A stretch of DNA of 64,000 bases from Candidatus Aquidulcis sp. (GCA_020723385.1 DYIZ01000013.1:1733-65732), one strand, 5' to 3'. Counted from the stretch's first letter, positions 19,329-29,610 are shown. Notes: generated by a model not told the origin, from the sequence alone. Numbers and translations are program-made.

Positions 19329-21923
19329 TCAGGACAAAACGACTTTCACCGACACTTCTTTCACACCATCGGGTGGCAGCGGAATGATATTGCCCGTGAT
19401 AGGCTGCCCGTCAACGGTTATGGAGGCGCAGCGTTCATGACTGCCCCATCTTCCATTGGGCGAAGGGAGATGCTCCACCCGGATGAGATACGTCACCCCG
19501 CGGAAACGGCGCACCGCGGTAAAGCCATGCCAGCCGTGCGGGATCACAGGATCAACCTGCAAGCCGTCGTAAGTTGGGCGGATGCCCAAAATCCATTGGC
19601 TGATGGCGACAAAATTCCAGGCGGCAGTGCCGGTCAGCCAGGAGTTTTTCGCCTCGCCGTGGGTGGGCGCGTCGCGCCCGGCGATCATCTGAGCGTAGAC
19701 ATACGGCTCGCAGCGGTGGATTTCGCTGATCGGCTCCCGCGCCGAGGGGTTGATGCGCAGGTAATAATCATGCGCCTGGTCGCCGTTGCCAGAGGCGGCC
19801 TCGGCGATCATGATCCAGGGGTTGGTGTGGCAGAATATCCCGGCGTTTTCTTTGTAGCCCGGCGGGTACGAGGAAATCTCGCCCAGGTGCAGGTAGTATC
19901 GAGAGAACGCGGGCTGTTGTACCACGATGCCGTGCGCTGTGGCGAGGCGCTCCCGGACGGAAGCCAACGCCCGGGTGGTCTTCCCCTCATCGGCTCCGAT
20001 GCCCGCCATCACGCAAATGCCTTGCGGCTCGACGAAAATCTGCCCCTCGGCGCACTGGCGCGATCCCACCGGATTCCCAAAATCATCGTACGCCCGGCGG
20101 AACCAGTCGCCGTCCCAGCCGTGCTGTAAAACAACATCTGCCATGCGCACTGCGAGGGTTTTATACTCTGTTGAAGGTTGAAAGTTGAATGTTGAGGGGC
20201 TACTTTCAACCTTCGACCTGCAACTTTCAACGATCACTGCCATTTCCTTGCATGCCAGCACGAACAGCCCGCCAATGAACACTGACTCGGCGACTTTGCC
20301 ATCCTTGTTGGTGGTGGTCTGGAAAGATTGACCAGGGGTAGCCGAAAATGCGTTGAGGTTGAGACAGTCATTCCAATCGGCGCGGCCGATGAGTGGCAGG
20401 CCATGCGGGCCGAGGCGGTCGAGGGTGTACTGGAGGCTGCGCTGCAAGTGGTCGAGAAGCGGTTGTTCGGAGCCGGGCTGGTTATCGTAAGTCGCCGGCT
20501 CGTCCAATATAGCCCAATCGCCGGTCTCTTTGATGTACGAGGCGACAGCCAGGATCAGCCAGAGCGGGTCATCGTTGAAATTCGAGCCGACATCGTTATT
20601 GCCGCGTTTGGTGAGCGGCTGATATTGGTGATAAGCGCCGCCGGTGGGAAGCTGGGTGGCAGCAATATCAAGGATGCGCTGGCGTGCCCGGTCGGGAATC
20701 ATGTGAACGAAGCCGAGCAAATCCTGGGCGGAGTCGCGGAAGCCCATGCCGCGTCCGATGCCGCTCTCGAAGTACGAGGCCGAGCGGGACATATTGAACG
20801 TGATCATGCACTGGTAGGCGTTCCAGATGTTGACCATACGGTTGGTGTGGGGATCGGGCGTCTCCACCTGGAAGCGGGTCAACAGGTCATCCCAATGGGC
20901 GCGCAAATCCTCGAATGCCGTCTCGACATTGGCCGGATTGAGATAATGGGAAAGGATAGGCTTGACCGTGCGCTTATTGATTATCTGCGAAGCGGGTGGA
21001 TCGAACTTATCATCCGGGGAATTCTCGTGGTAACCGAGGATGAAGATGATCTGCCGGGATTCCCCAGGCTGGAGGGTCAACCGGGTTTGCAACACCCCCA
21101 CCGGCGACCAACCGTGGGCGACGGAGTTTTCGCATTGGCCGCGTTCCACCGCCCGCGGGCGATCCCACCCGCGGTACGGGCCGAGGAAAGCTTCGCGCTG
21201 CGTGTCGAACCCCGCAACCGGCGCGGAGCAGGCGAAATAGGAAAAATGGTCGCGCCGCTCGCGGTATTCAGTTTTATGGTAGATGACTTTGCCCTCACCT
21301 CCAGCCCCATTATTCTTTGCCAGCGCTCTCCCGAGAGGAGAGGGGAAAGATTCTATCTCCACCTCGCCAGTGGAAAAATTGCGCTGGAAGTTGGTGGCGT
21401 CGTCCCAGGCATCCCACAAGCAGAATTCGACGCTGCCGAAAACAGATAAATCAGCGGGCGCGGTGCGGTGATTGGTGATCGTAAGCTGCCAGATTTCGAG
21501 CGTCGCCCCGAGCGGGACGAAATAACGGGTCTGCGCCTCGATACCGGTATAGGTCGAACCGATGATGGTGTAACCCATTCCATGGCGGCAGGTGTAACCC
21601 TGGAGATCAGCCTGCGTGGGCTGCCAGGAGGGGGACCAGTACAGACGTTCCGGCGGAACGTCTCTACCCCGTTCCGGTTGAACGTCTGTACCATCATCCC
21701 GAAGGTAGATATACCGTCCCCCCGTATCCACCGATGCGTTGTTGTAACGATAGCGGGTCAGGCGGCGCAGGCGGGCGTCGCGATAGAAACTGTAGCCGCC
21801 TGCCGTGTTGGAGATGAGGCCAAAATAATCTTCGCTGCCCAGGTAATTGATCCAGGGCAGCGGCGTGTCGGGCCGGGTAATGACGTATTCGCGGTGGGTG
21901 TCGTCGAAGTAGCCGTATTGCAT
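19329..21923 (-). CDS. cbp: GH94 cellobiose phosphorylase
   Basis: TPLPWINYLG, RSASYFESGIGRGMGFRDS, HQYQPLTKRGN, ADWNDCLNL, YPPGYKENAGIFCH and KNSWLTGTAAW. Confidence 0.88.
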   Translation of the reverse strand: MQYGYFDDTHREYVITRPDTPLPWINYLGSEDYFGLISNTAGGYSFYRDARLRRLTRYRYNNASVDTGGRYIYLRDDGTDVQPERGRDVPPERLYWSPSWQPTQADLQGYTCRHGMGYTIIGSTYTGIEAQTRYFVPLGATLEIWQLTITNHRTAPADLSVFGSVEFCLWDAWDDATNFQRNFSTGEVEIESFPSPLGRALAKNNGAGGEGKVIYHKTEYRERRDHFSYFACSAPVAGFDTQREAFLGPYRGWDRPRAVERGQCENSVAHGWSPVGVLQTRLTLQPGESRQIIFILGYHENSPDDKFDPPASQIINKRTVKPILSHYLNPANVETAFEDLRAHWDDLLTRFQVETPDPHTNRMVNIWNAYQCMITFNMSRSASYFESGIGRGMGFRDSAQDLLGFVHMIPDRARQRILDIAATQLPTGGAYHQYQPLTKRGNNDVGSNFNDDPLWLILAVASYIKETGDWAILDEPATYDNQPGSEQPLLDHLQRSLQYTLDRLGPHGLPLIGRADWNDCLNLNAFSATPGQSFQTTTNKDGKVAESVFIGGLFVLACKEMAVIVESCRSKVESSPSTFNFQPSTEYKTLAVRMADVVLQHGWDGDWFRRAYDDFGNPVGSRQCAEGQIFVEPQGICVMAGIGADEGKTTRALASVRERLATAHGIVVQQPAFSRYYLHLGEISSYPPGYKENAGIFCHTNPWIMIAEAASGNGDQAHDYYLRINPSAREPISEIHRCEPYVYAQMIAGRDAPTHGEAKNSWLTGTAAWNFVAISQWILGIRPTYDGLQVDPVIPHGWHGFTAVRRFRGVTYLIRVEHLPSPNGRWGSHERCASITVDGQPITGNIIPLPPDGVKEVSVKVVLS

Positions 21924-21947
21924 AAATAATCATCCAAAAGAGGTTTT

Positions 21948-22057
21948 GGCTCTCCCGCCTTCGGCGGGAAATGTCCCAGATTTGGGGTGTGTGGGCGTGC
22001 TACGCACGCCCACACACCCCAAATCTGGAGATTCCTCCCGTTGGTAACGGGAGAGCC
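21948..22057. repeat. Multi-stem intergenic palindrome
   Basis: Perfect 25-bp stem (21976-22000 / 22004-22028), flanking small hairpins and outer GGCTCTCCCG / CGGGAGAGCC. Confidence 0.8.
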
Positions 22058-22064
22058 TTAATTT

Positions 22065-23483
22065 TCAAGGACCGATCACGAGCAAAGTCACCGACAGCGC
22101 AGGCAGATTCAGCGGGGCGTCGAGCGGGGTTGGATCAATCAACTCGGCGTTATGCTCTGCGTCGAGCCGCCAGGTCTCTGCGGGGCCGGAGGCGGTGAAA
22201 TTGGCGAGAACCAGTGGTTTTTTGGCGTCTTCATCGCCCAGGTTGACGATCATCAGCGTCAGCGCGCCGTCTTCACGGCGCGCAGCGTAGATGCGAACAG
22301 CTTCATCGTCGGAAGAGGCGTAAACCAGCTCGGAGCCAAACTGCTTGTAAAGCGGGTAAACGTAATAGGACGGACGCGGGCCGCGCGTCGCCATCAACCC
22401 CGCCCCGCCCCCGCCCGCCAGTCCAAACTGAGCGACAATATCCACCCGCTGGGCGATCAGCCGTCCAAGAACGTCTGCCCACCAGATGGCGTTGGCAAAC
22501 GAGTCGGGGGTGCCTTCTTTGCCGGCGCGGGTCGCCCAATTCGAGTTGACTTCGGTGACGGCGATGGGCAGATCACGCCCGGTGGTCTCACGAATCAACG
22601 CCCGCAGGTTGGGGATGATCGTATCCCATTCGGCGGAGGAACGCAGCAGCTCGTTTGGAGAGGGGTCATAGGTCCCGAAGGGATAACGATGAATGGCAAC
22701 AACATCCACCAAATCGCCGTTGGCGACCAGGAATTCGCGCAGCCAATCTTTGTTATGCGCGTCGGTCGGGTCTTCAAAGGGCCGCCCGGTGAATTGGTGC
22801 ATCTCCGGGCCAACCAGCACAATCGTCGGGTCAACCGCTTCCATTGCCAGGGCAAACTCGCGCCACTGTTGGTTGTACGTAACGGTGTCGTAGCCTTCGA
22901 GCTTGCGGTTGGTAGCATACAGGCTGGGTTCGTTGCCGATCCCCCAATATTTGATGCCGTAGCCTTTGGTCACATTGGCATATTCGACCCAGTACGCGGC
23001 GCTTTCAGGCTTGGCTTTGAACAGCTTGACATTCACCATCGGTTCAGCGCCGAGCTGGCGGCACAGGGCAATGTACTCATCCAGCCGGGCTTCGGCCAGC
23101 ACATACTCGTCACCCCAGTTGCCGCCGGGGAAACGCAGGAAAGTGAATCCCGCCGATTCGATGTACGGCATCATGCTCTTGGTGAGGTCCTGCCACGGGC
23201 CGGTATTGGTGCCATAAACCAGGGGATTGATCGGCCCGAGAGCGAGCGCGGCGTCAACGAAGAGTGCGCCGGGAACAGCGGTCGGCTTCGGCGTGGGGGA
23301 TGGCAGGCTGGGGAGCATGGGGGTGGCGGTAACCGCGGGGGTGGCGGTCTCCAACGGGAGCAGCGAGACTTCCGGAGTTGGAGTCCCGACCGGCCCCGGC
23401 CCGCCGCAGGCAGTCAACACAAACAGGGCAAACAGGGTATTCAGAATTGGCGCGGCAATCCGACGGAGATTCATCCTGTCCAT
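22065..23483 (-). CDS. Clan GH-A glycoside hydrolase lipoprotein (GH44/GH51/GH79-like)
   Basis: LRFPGG, WGIGNEP and AVTEVN; lipobox LTAC and Pro/Thr linker. Confidence 0.7.
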   Translation of the reverse strand: MDRMNLRRIAAPILNTLFALFVLTACGGPGPVGTPTPEVSLLPLETATPAVTATPMLPSLPSPTPKPTAVPGALFVDAALALGPINPLVYGTNTGPWQDLTKSMMPYIESAGFTFLRFPGGNWGDEYVLAEARLDEYIALCRQLGAEPMVNVKLFKAKPESAAYWVEYANVTKGYGIKYWGIGNEPSLYATNRKLEGYDTVTYNQQWREFALAMEAVDPTIVLVGPEMHQFTGRPFEDPTDAHNKDWLREFLVANGDLVDVVAIHRYPFGTYDPSPNELLRSSAEWDTIIPNLRALIRETTGRDLPIAVTEVNSNWATRAGKEGTPDSFANAIWWADVLGRLIAQRVDIVAQFGLAGGGGAGLMATRGPRPSYYVYPLYKQFGSELVYASSDDEAVRIYAARREDGALTLMIVNLGDEDAKKPLVLANFTASGPAETWRLDAEHNAELIDPTPLDAPLNLPALSVTLLVIGP

Positions 23484-23496
23484 ACCATGTCTGGTT

Positions 23497-24402
23497 TTAC
23501 TTCACCGCGCCAGCCGTCAGGCCGCTGATGAATTGCTTTTGCAGAAGGAGGAACATGACCGCAATCGGGATCGTGATCACCACCGATGCAGCCGCCATGA
23601 GATCATAGCGCAACTGCGTTCCCGATGCGCCAAAAACAAACTGGCGGATGCCCACCGGGACGGTTTTCACTCCCAGGGTATAGCCAAAGAACAGCTCGTT
23701 CCAGGCGGTCATGAAAATGTAAATGGCAGTAGAAGCGATGCCCGGCCCGGCTAAGGGTAGCGAAATGCGCCAAAATGCGGTGAAGCGCGTCGCCCCATCC
23801 ACCATGGCCTGCTCTTCCAGGTCAGGCGGCAGGTTGGCGAAGAAGCCGCGCAGAATCCAGATCGAGATGGGGGTGAAGAATCCCACGTACAGGCATATCA
23901 CCCCAAAATTCGAGCCAACCATGGGTATGCCGAAGGTATTCTTGATCCACAGAAATGTCAGATAGAGCGGGATGAAAAACAGCGAGCCGGGGATAATCTG
24001 CGTGCCCAACACCGCCAGGCTGTATGCGTCGGCACCGGGAAAGCGAAAGCGCGCCAGGGCGTAACCGGCCAAGGCAGCGAAGAATGTGGCGACGAGAGTC
24101 GTCGAGCCAACAACGATGATACTGTTGACGAACAGCGGCCCAAACTTGATTTGCCGCCACATTTCGGGGTAATTCTTGAAATTCCAGACCTCCGGAATGA
24201 CCGGGGCGGTAGGATTGGTAATCTCACCGCGCCCTTTGAACGAGGCCAATATTATGTAGAAAATGGGGATCAAGATGATGAACACGATCACCCACAGCAA
24301 AAGATCGAGCAGCCGGTTGACGATGACCGAACGAATTTTTGCAGCCCGAATGGAGGGGTATCGGGTGGGCTTAAGGGGCATAGAGGTTTGTACAGTAGCC
24401 AT
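23497..24402 (-). CDS. Carbohydrate ABC permease (MalG-like)
   Basis: AGYALARFRFPG, EAA loop LEEQAMVDGATRF, FISGLTAGAVK. Confidence 0.95.
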   Translation of the reverse strand: MATVQTSMPLKPTRYPSIRAAKIRSVIVNRLLDLLLWVIVFIILIPIFYIILASFKGRGEITNPTAPVIPEVWNFKNYPEMWRQIKFGPLFVNSIIVVGSTTLVATFFAALAGYALARFRFPGADAYSLAVLGTQIIPGSLFFIPLYLTFLWIKNTFGIPMVGSNFGVICLYVGFFTPISIWILRGFFANLPPDLEEQAMVDGATRFTAFWRISLPLAGPGIASTAIYIFMTAWNELFFGYTLGVKTVPVGIRQFVFGASGTQLRYDLMAAASVVITIPIAVMFLLLQKQFISGLTAGAVK

Positions 24403-24421
24403 GACAGGTCTCCTTCCAGGC

Positions 24422-25558
24422 TCACTCGCTGATCATACTCGAACGGAATAACCAATAAAACAGGCCAATCGCCACCAGCGCGATCAGTGTCATCAAAACC
24501 GATGCGGCTGCGCCATACCCATACAACTGGTTGTTGAATGTCTGGCGGACGATGACGATCAGCAGCAGGTTGACGTGCTTGCCCAGATCGAGGGCAGTAT
24601 TGAACATGGAGGTCGCGATGTTGTAGGGGCCAAATCCGAAGAAGTTATATATGATGCCGAACATGGTGGTAATGACCATAATTGGCTTGAGATAAGGTAA
24701 AGTGATGTAGCGGAATCTCTGCCAACCATTGGCCCCGTCCACAGAAGCGGCCTCGTATAAATCCTGGGGGATCACCTGCAAGTTGGCGAGCAGCATCACC
24801 GTAGGGAATGGTAAACCGCTCCACATGCCGGCAATGATCAGGGCCGTACGGGCGTTAGGACCGATGAGCCAGGAAATTGGTTTGGGGTTGAGCAGCCAGG
24901 CAATGGTCTTGGGATTGAATTCCCAAAACCAAAATATCTTATCCATGCCAGTCAACAGCCAAGTCAGGATGGTATGCAGAAAAGTCTGAAAACCATCCGG
25001 GACCATCGTCATAAAGTCCAGGTAGAAGCGGTTGGCCAGACCTCCCCGCTGGAGCCAGATGAACTGGAAGACAATGCCGACGACAAAGGTTGGCACGACC
25101 CACGGGAGCAGCACCAGCGTGCGGGCCAGGCCGCGCCCCCAGAATTTACGGTTGAGCAGCAGCGCCAGGATCAAACCGATCCCCAATGTGCCAATTTGTA
25201 GCCAGAGGCAGAACCAAAACGAGTTGATCAGCGCCTGAAACAGGCCTTTGATGTTGGCGTCTCCGGTGCCCAAAACGATCCCGCCGATGATCTTCTCGTA
25301 GTGAGCGAAGCCCACAAACGGCGCACGCAGGTATTGCAACAGGGTGCGCACGTTGAGATCGAGCAGTGACATATACAACGCCTGCACGGTCGGGATGATG
25401 TGGATCAACAGCATGGCGAGCACCGCCGGGAGGATGAAAACGTAGGCCATGCGGTGCTGGAAAATTCGCCGGAAGATGTTTCTGCGTCTTTCCCGGGGGG
25501 CTTTCGGTTTCATACTCTGCTGTAAGGTCTTGGTCAAGGACATCAGTCTGCTATCCAT
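24422..25558 (-). CDS. Carbohydrate ABC permease (MalF-like)
   Basis: EAA loop LYEAASVDGANGWQRFRYITLP; YGYGAAAS. Confidence 0.95.
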   Translation of the reverse strand: MDSRLMSLTKTLQQSMKPKAPRERRRNIFRRIFQHRMAYVFILPAVLAMLLIHIIPTVQALYMSLLDLNVRTLLQYLRAPFVGFAHYEKIIGGIVLGTGDANIKGLFQALINSFWFCLWLQIGTLGIGLILALLLNRKFWGRGLARTLVLLPWVVPTFVVGIVFQFIWLQRGGLANRFYLDFMTMVPDGFQTFLHTILTWLLTGMDKIFWFWEFNPKTIAWLLNPKPISWLIGPNARTALIIAGMWSGLPFPTVMLLANLQVIPQDLYEAASVDGANGWQRFRYITLPYLKPIMVITTMFGIIYNFFGFGPYNIATSMFNTALDLGKHVNLLLIVIVRQTFNNQLYGYGAAASVLMTLIALVAIGLFYWLFRSSMISE

Positions 25559-25587
25559 GGGCTGCTCCTTTTTCGATCAAACGAACT

Positions 25588-25688
25588 GGGCAGGGGCTAC
25601 CTGATTTCAGTATGAACCCCTGCCCTGTAATCATAAATCCGATTGAGGAGGCAGACAAGTAGATTCGTAATCGTTCTTGCCTGCCTCC
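25588..25688 (-). terminator. Two stem-loops downstream of the binding-protein gene (partial terminator or mRNA stabiliser)
   Basis: GGGCAGGGG...CCCCTGCCC (25588-25625) and GGAGGCAGACAAG...CTTGCCTGCCTCC (25647-25688). Confidence 0.55.
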
Positions 25689-25704
25689 GTAGAGTCACAT
25701 GAAA

Positions 25705-28389
25705 CTATTTGAGCAGCTCATTGACTGCCGCAGCAGCCTCGTCGAGCTTGGCTTTGATTGCTTCCGCGGTGATCGGGGTACCGAGACCAGCGGCGGCTAC
25801 ATCTTCCCAGATGCTCTGGATGGCGGTCTGCAGGGTGTTCTCGACAGCGCCCCACTGAGCAATCGGCATGGGGGTTTTGCCCTTGGCCGCAGCGGAGATG
25901 AAGACCTGGAACAAAGGATCATCAGCGAAGTAAGGATCCTTCTGGCCATCATTCGAAGCGGGCAGCATGGAAACGGCAGTTGAGTAGCGAACCTGCGATT
26001 CCTTGCCAGCCAGGAACTTCACAAACTCGAAAGCCTGGTCTGGATACTGGCAGGTATTGAAGATACCGAGGTTGGAGCCACCGACGAAGGTGTACTGCCC
26101 ACCAGGGCCAGCCGGCATTTCGGCGACACCGAAGTTCTCGGAGACAACCGCAGGCCAGGCTGCATCACCCGTGGCACGCGAGTTCGCAATTTCCCAAGGG
26201 CCAGCAAAAATCATCGCCGCACGACCACCGTTGAATTCACCCTCTGCCGAAGCCGAGTTCAACTCCAGCGTGTTCTCAGGGGTCAATCCATTGGCGAATA
26301 GCGAGGTGTACATTGCCATAGCATCAACTGAATCGCTGGAGGCAAATGCAGCCGCGCTGCCATCGGAAGTCAGCAGATCGCCGCCGAAAGCCCAGATCCA
26401 CATCGAAGCATTCTGCCACACGTTCCAGTCATTCTTTCCGGGGTGAACGAACGCTGCGATCGGGCTGCCTTCTGCATCCGTCAGATTCAAATCACGAATC
26501 TTGCCCATCGCCGCTACAAACGAGTCCACATCCTTGAAGGCTTCCGCTTCCGTCAGCCCTGCCTGCTCGAGAATATCCTTGCGGTACCCAATCGCACGCA
26601 CATCCGCAAACCACGGGATCGTCGCTACGTTGCCCTCAAAGACACTCGATTCCCACGAGGCGTTCACAAAGTTTTCCGCACCACCCACCGCTGCAACTTC
26701 TTCAGCAGTGTAGAAGCGCAACCCGCCCATCGCTGCAAACGTCGGCACCCAGGTCGTGCCGAGCTGCGACACGCAGGGGCCTTCACCACCCTGGGAAGCG
26801 GTCTGGATCTTGCCATAGGCATCGCCCCAGCCAACCACCTCAGCGGTGATTTTGATCTCAGGATGAAGTTTTTCGAACTCCGCAATTTCTACGTCAATCA
26901 TGCCCTGAGGATCTGAGCCGTTCGGCATGATCCACATGGTGAATTCAGCAGCTTCGAGTGTCTTGGGAGGCTCGGCAGTCGGAGCCGGAGCGCCCAACAC
27001 ATCGTTGACGCTGGTGGCTGCTTCGAGCAGCTTGGTCTGGATAACATCTTTACCCAGTTCGGTCCCGACGCCAGCGGCAGCTACTTCTTCCCAAATGCCC
27101 TGGATAGCGGTCTGGAGGGTGTTCTCGACAGCGCCCCACTGAGCAATCGGCATGGGGGTCTTGCCCTTGGCCGCAGCGGAGATGAAGACCTGGAACAGAG
27201 GATCATCAGCGAAGTAGGGATCCTTCTGGCCGTCATTCGAAGCGGGCAGCATAGAAACGGCAGTTGAGTAGCGAACCTGCGATTCCTTGCCAGCCAGGTA
27301 TTGGACCAGTTTTACCGCAGCATCCGGGTATTGGCAGGTTTTGAAGATACCGAGGTTGGAGCCACCGACGAAGGTGTATTGCCCACCAGGGCCAGCCGGC
27401 ATTTCGGCGACGCTGAAGTTCTCGGAGACAACCGCAGGCCAGGCGGCATCACCTGTGGCGCGGGAGTTCGCAATTTCCCACGGGCCAGCGAAGACCATCG
27501 CTGCACGACCACCATTGAATTCACCCTCTGCCGAAGCCGAGTTCAACTCCAGCGTGTTCTCAGGGGTCAATCCATTGGCGAATAGCGAGGTGTACATTGC
27601 CATAGCATCAACTGAATCGCTGGAGGCAAATGCAGCCGCGCTGCCATCGGAAGTCAGCAGATCGCCGCCGAAAGCCCAGATCCACATCGAAGCATTCTGC
27701 CACACGTTCCAGTCGTTCTTTCCGGGGTGAACGAACGCTGCGATCGGGCTGCCTTCCGCGTCAGTCAGGTTCAAGTCGCGGATCTTGCCCATCGCTGCAA
27801 CCATCGAGTCCAGATCCTTGAAGGCTTCGGCTTCTGTCAATCCAGCCTGTTCGAGAATATCCTTGCGGTAACCAATTGCACGAACATCCGCAAACCACGG
27901 GATCGTCGCAACATTGCCCTCGAAGACGCTCGATTCCCACGACGCCTTCACGAAGGTCTCTGCGCCGCCCACTGCAGCAACTTCCTCTGCCGTGAAGAAG
28001 CGCAACCCGCCCATCGCAGCAAAGGTCGGCACCCAGGTCGTGCCAAACTGTGACACGCAGGGGCCTTCACCACCCTGGGAAGCGGTCTGGATCTTGCCAT
28101 AGGCATCGCCCCAGCCAACCACCTCAGCAGTGACTTTGATGTCGGGATTCAGTTCCATGAATGCAGCCAATTCGGCGTCAATCATGCCCTGCGGATCTGA
28201 GCCGTTCGGCATGATCCACATCTTCAATTCGACACCACCCGCCGGGGGCGTGGTGGGTTTTGTCTCAGCCGTCGGCACAGCGGTCGGCTGAACGACTTCG
28301 GTGGGTTCCTCGGTGGGCTTGCCACATGCGGTCAAGACCATACTGAAGACGACCACCAGGCTCAAAATAACCATCAAATAGCGTTTCAT
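25705..28389 (-). CDS. Sugar ABC solute-binding lipoprotein with two tandem binding domains
   Basis: Lipobox LTAC; MWIMPNGSDPQGMID...WGAVENTLQTAIQ occurs twice, 1284 nt apart. Confidence 0.93.
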   Translation of the reverse strand: MKRYLMVILSLVVVFSMVLTACGKPTEEPTEVVQPTAVPTAETKPTTPPAGGVELKMWIMPNGSDPQGMIDAELAAFMELNPDIKVTAEVVGWGDAYGKIQTASQGGEGPCVSQFGTTWVPTFAAMGGLRFFTAEEVAAVGGAETFVKASWESSVFEGNVATIPWFADVRAIGYRKDILEQAGLTEAEAFKDLDSMVAAMGKIRDLNLTDAEGSPIAAFVHPGKNDWNVWQNASMWIWAFGGDLLTSDGSAAAFASSDSVDAMAMYTSLFANGLTPENTLELNSASAEGEFNGGRAAMVFAGPWEIANSRATGDAAWPAVVSENFSVAEMPAGPGGQYTFVGGSNLGIFKTCQYPDAAVKLVQYLAGKESQVRYSTAVSMLPASNDGQKDPYFADDPLFQVFISAAAKGKTPMPIAQWGAVENTLQTAIQGIWEEVAAAGVGTELGKDVIQTKLLEAATSVNDVLGAPAPTAEPPKTLEAAEFTMWIMPNGSDPQGMIDVEIAEFEKLHPEIKITAEVVGWGDAYGKIQTASQGGEGPCVSQLGTTWVPTFAAMGGLRFYTAEEVAAVGGAENFVNASWESSVFEGNVATIPWFADVRAIGYRKDILEQAGLTEAEAFKDVDSFVAAMGKIRDLNLTDAEGSPIAAFVHPGKNDWNVWQNASMWIWAFGGDLLTSDGSAAAFASSDSVDAMAMYTSLFANGLTPENTLELNSASAEGEFNGGRAAMIFAGPWEIANSRATGDAAWPAVVSENFGVAEMPAGPGGQYTFVGGSNLGIFNTCQYPDQAFEFVKFLAGKESQVRYSTAVSMLPASNDGQKDPYFADDPLFQVFISAAAKGKTPMPIAQWGAVENTLQTAIQSIWEDVAAAGLGTPITAEAIKAKLDEAAAAVNELLK

Positions 28390-28430
28390 TTTGCTTCTCC
28401 TTCTAGAAAGTGTTAGTTGAACGGTTTTTG

Positions 28431-28444
28431 TGGGAGCGCTCCCA
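28431..28444. promoter_or_regulatory. CelR/CebR-type LacI operator
   Basis: Perfect palindrome TGGGAGCGCTCCCA upstream of the binding-protein gene. Confidence 0.85.
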
Positions 28445-28497
28445 CGCGGCTGTAAAATAACTGCTCTGGGCGGTTTTTCTCCTTCGGAAACACCTCC

Positions 28498-29505
28498 TCA
28501 ACGGTTTGCCGAGCCGCATGAGGCTCGGATTACTAATTCAGTTGGTAAAATAACACGACGTGGCGATGGATCGGGGTGCTCCATCATATCTATCAATGTC
28601 TCAGCAGCCACCGCGCCGGCTCGCGCGATGGGTTGGCGGATTGTCGTCAACGGTGGTTCGGTGCGTGCTGCGAAAGGCATATCGTCGAAACTGACAGCGG
28701 CGATATCTTGAGGAACACGCAAACCGGCATCGCGGATCATACGCAACGCGCCAACCGCCATCGCATCGCTGGCGGCGAATACAGCTTCTGGCTGCCGAGA
28801 AATCAGGCGCTGCATGGCGGCATAACCGCCGTCTTCGGTGAAATCGCCCTCTACGATCAAATCTGGGTCTGCCGGCAGGCCCCACTGCCGCAATGCTGCG
28901 CGATACCCTTCCAGGCGGTCAATCCCCGCAATCATGTTGTGTGGGCCGGTAATTGTCGCAATCCTGCGATAACCTAATCGAAGCAGATGAGCGACGATCT
29001 CGCGCGCGCTGTTTTGATTATCTACGTCAACGTAACTGACCTGGAGTTTCGATGGATGCCGCCCAATCAAAATGAACGGCATATCCGCATCGGTCAATGC
29101 TTCGAGAAGCGGATCGTCCAGGAGCGAAGAAGCCAACACCACCCCATCAATGAATTTATTATTCAATACCTGGCGAACGGTGCGCCGTTCGTAATCGGGA
29201 TCGGCGACCCACAGCATGACCGAGTGGTCGTGCGCATTGCAGGCCGATGAAACGCCCTGGATCAACAAGGGGAAATACGGATCGGAAAACAGGCGGCTGA
29301 CCCCCATCGGGATAACAAGACCGAGGACGTGGGTGCGCCCCCCTGCCAGGCTGCGCGCCACAGCGTTAGGCTGGTAATTGAGTCGCTGAATGATTTCTTG
29401 CACCCGCTCACGGGTAAGCGGGCTAACGCGGGCATCACGATTGATAACCCGAGAGACGGTCGAGCGTGAAACACCACTGAGTTTAGCGATTTCTTCGAGT
29501 TTCAT
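28498..29505 (-). CDS. LacI-family transcriptional regulator (CelR/CebR-like)
   Basis: LEEIAKLSGVSRSTVSRVIN helix-turn-helix, YQPNAVARSL, PPLTTIRQP and LVIRASC. Confidence 0.95.
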   Translation of the reverse strand: MKLEEIAKLSGVSRSTVSRVINRDARVSPLTRERVQEIIQRLNYQPNAVARSLAGGRTHVLGLVIPMGVSRLFSDPYFPLLIQGVSSACNAHDHSVMLWVADPDYERRTVRQVLNNKFIDGVVLASSLLDDPLLEALTDADMPFILIGRHPSKLQVSYVDVDNQNSAREIVAHLLRLGYRRIATITGPHNMIAGIDRLEGYRAALRQWGLPADPDLIVEGDFTEDGGYAAMQRLISRQPEAVFAASDAMAVGALRMIRDAGLRVPQDIAAVSFDDMPFAARTEPPLTTIRQPIARAGAVAAETLIDMMEHPDPSPRRVILPTELVIRASCGSANR

Positions 29506-29518
29506 CGTTGCCGGAATT

Positions 29519-29532
29519 TGGGAGCGCTCTCA
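29519..29532. promoter_or_regulatory. LacI operator, one mismatch
   Basis: TGGGAGCGCTCTCA just upstream of the LacI start codon. Confidence 0.7.
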
Positions 29533-29610
29533 TATAATCGTATAAAAAAGGACAATAAATGCCCGTTTTGCTTTGTTTTTATTCCATTTTGCACAAGGAT
29601 TGCTCGCGAT

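Noticed and set aside
22152-23528. Long antisense ORFs (also 5261-6286, 18038-19180, 20328-21449, 36868-37977, 43452-44555, 56335-57450)
   Set aside because: They are shadows of well-supported genes on the opposite strand, expected in GC-rich DNA, and show no motifs.
23497-28389. Missing ABC ATPase as an anomaly
   Set aside because: CUT1 sugar importers commonly share an MsiK/MalK-type ATPase encoded elsewhere.
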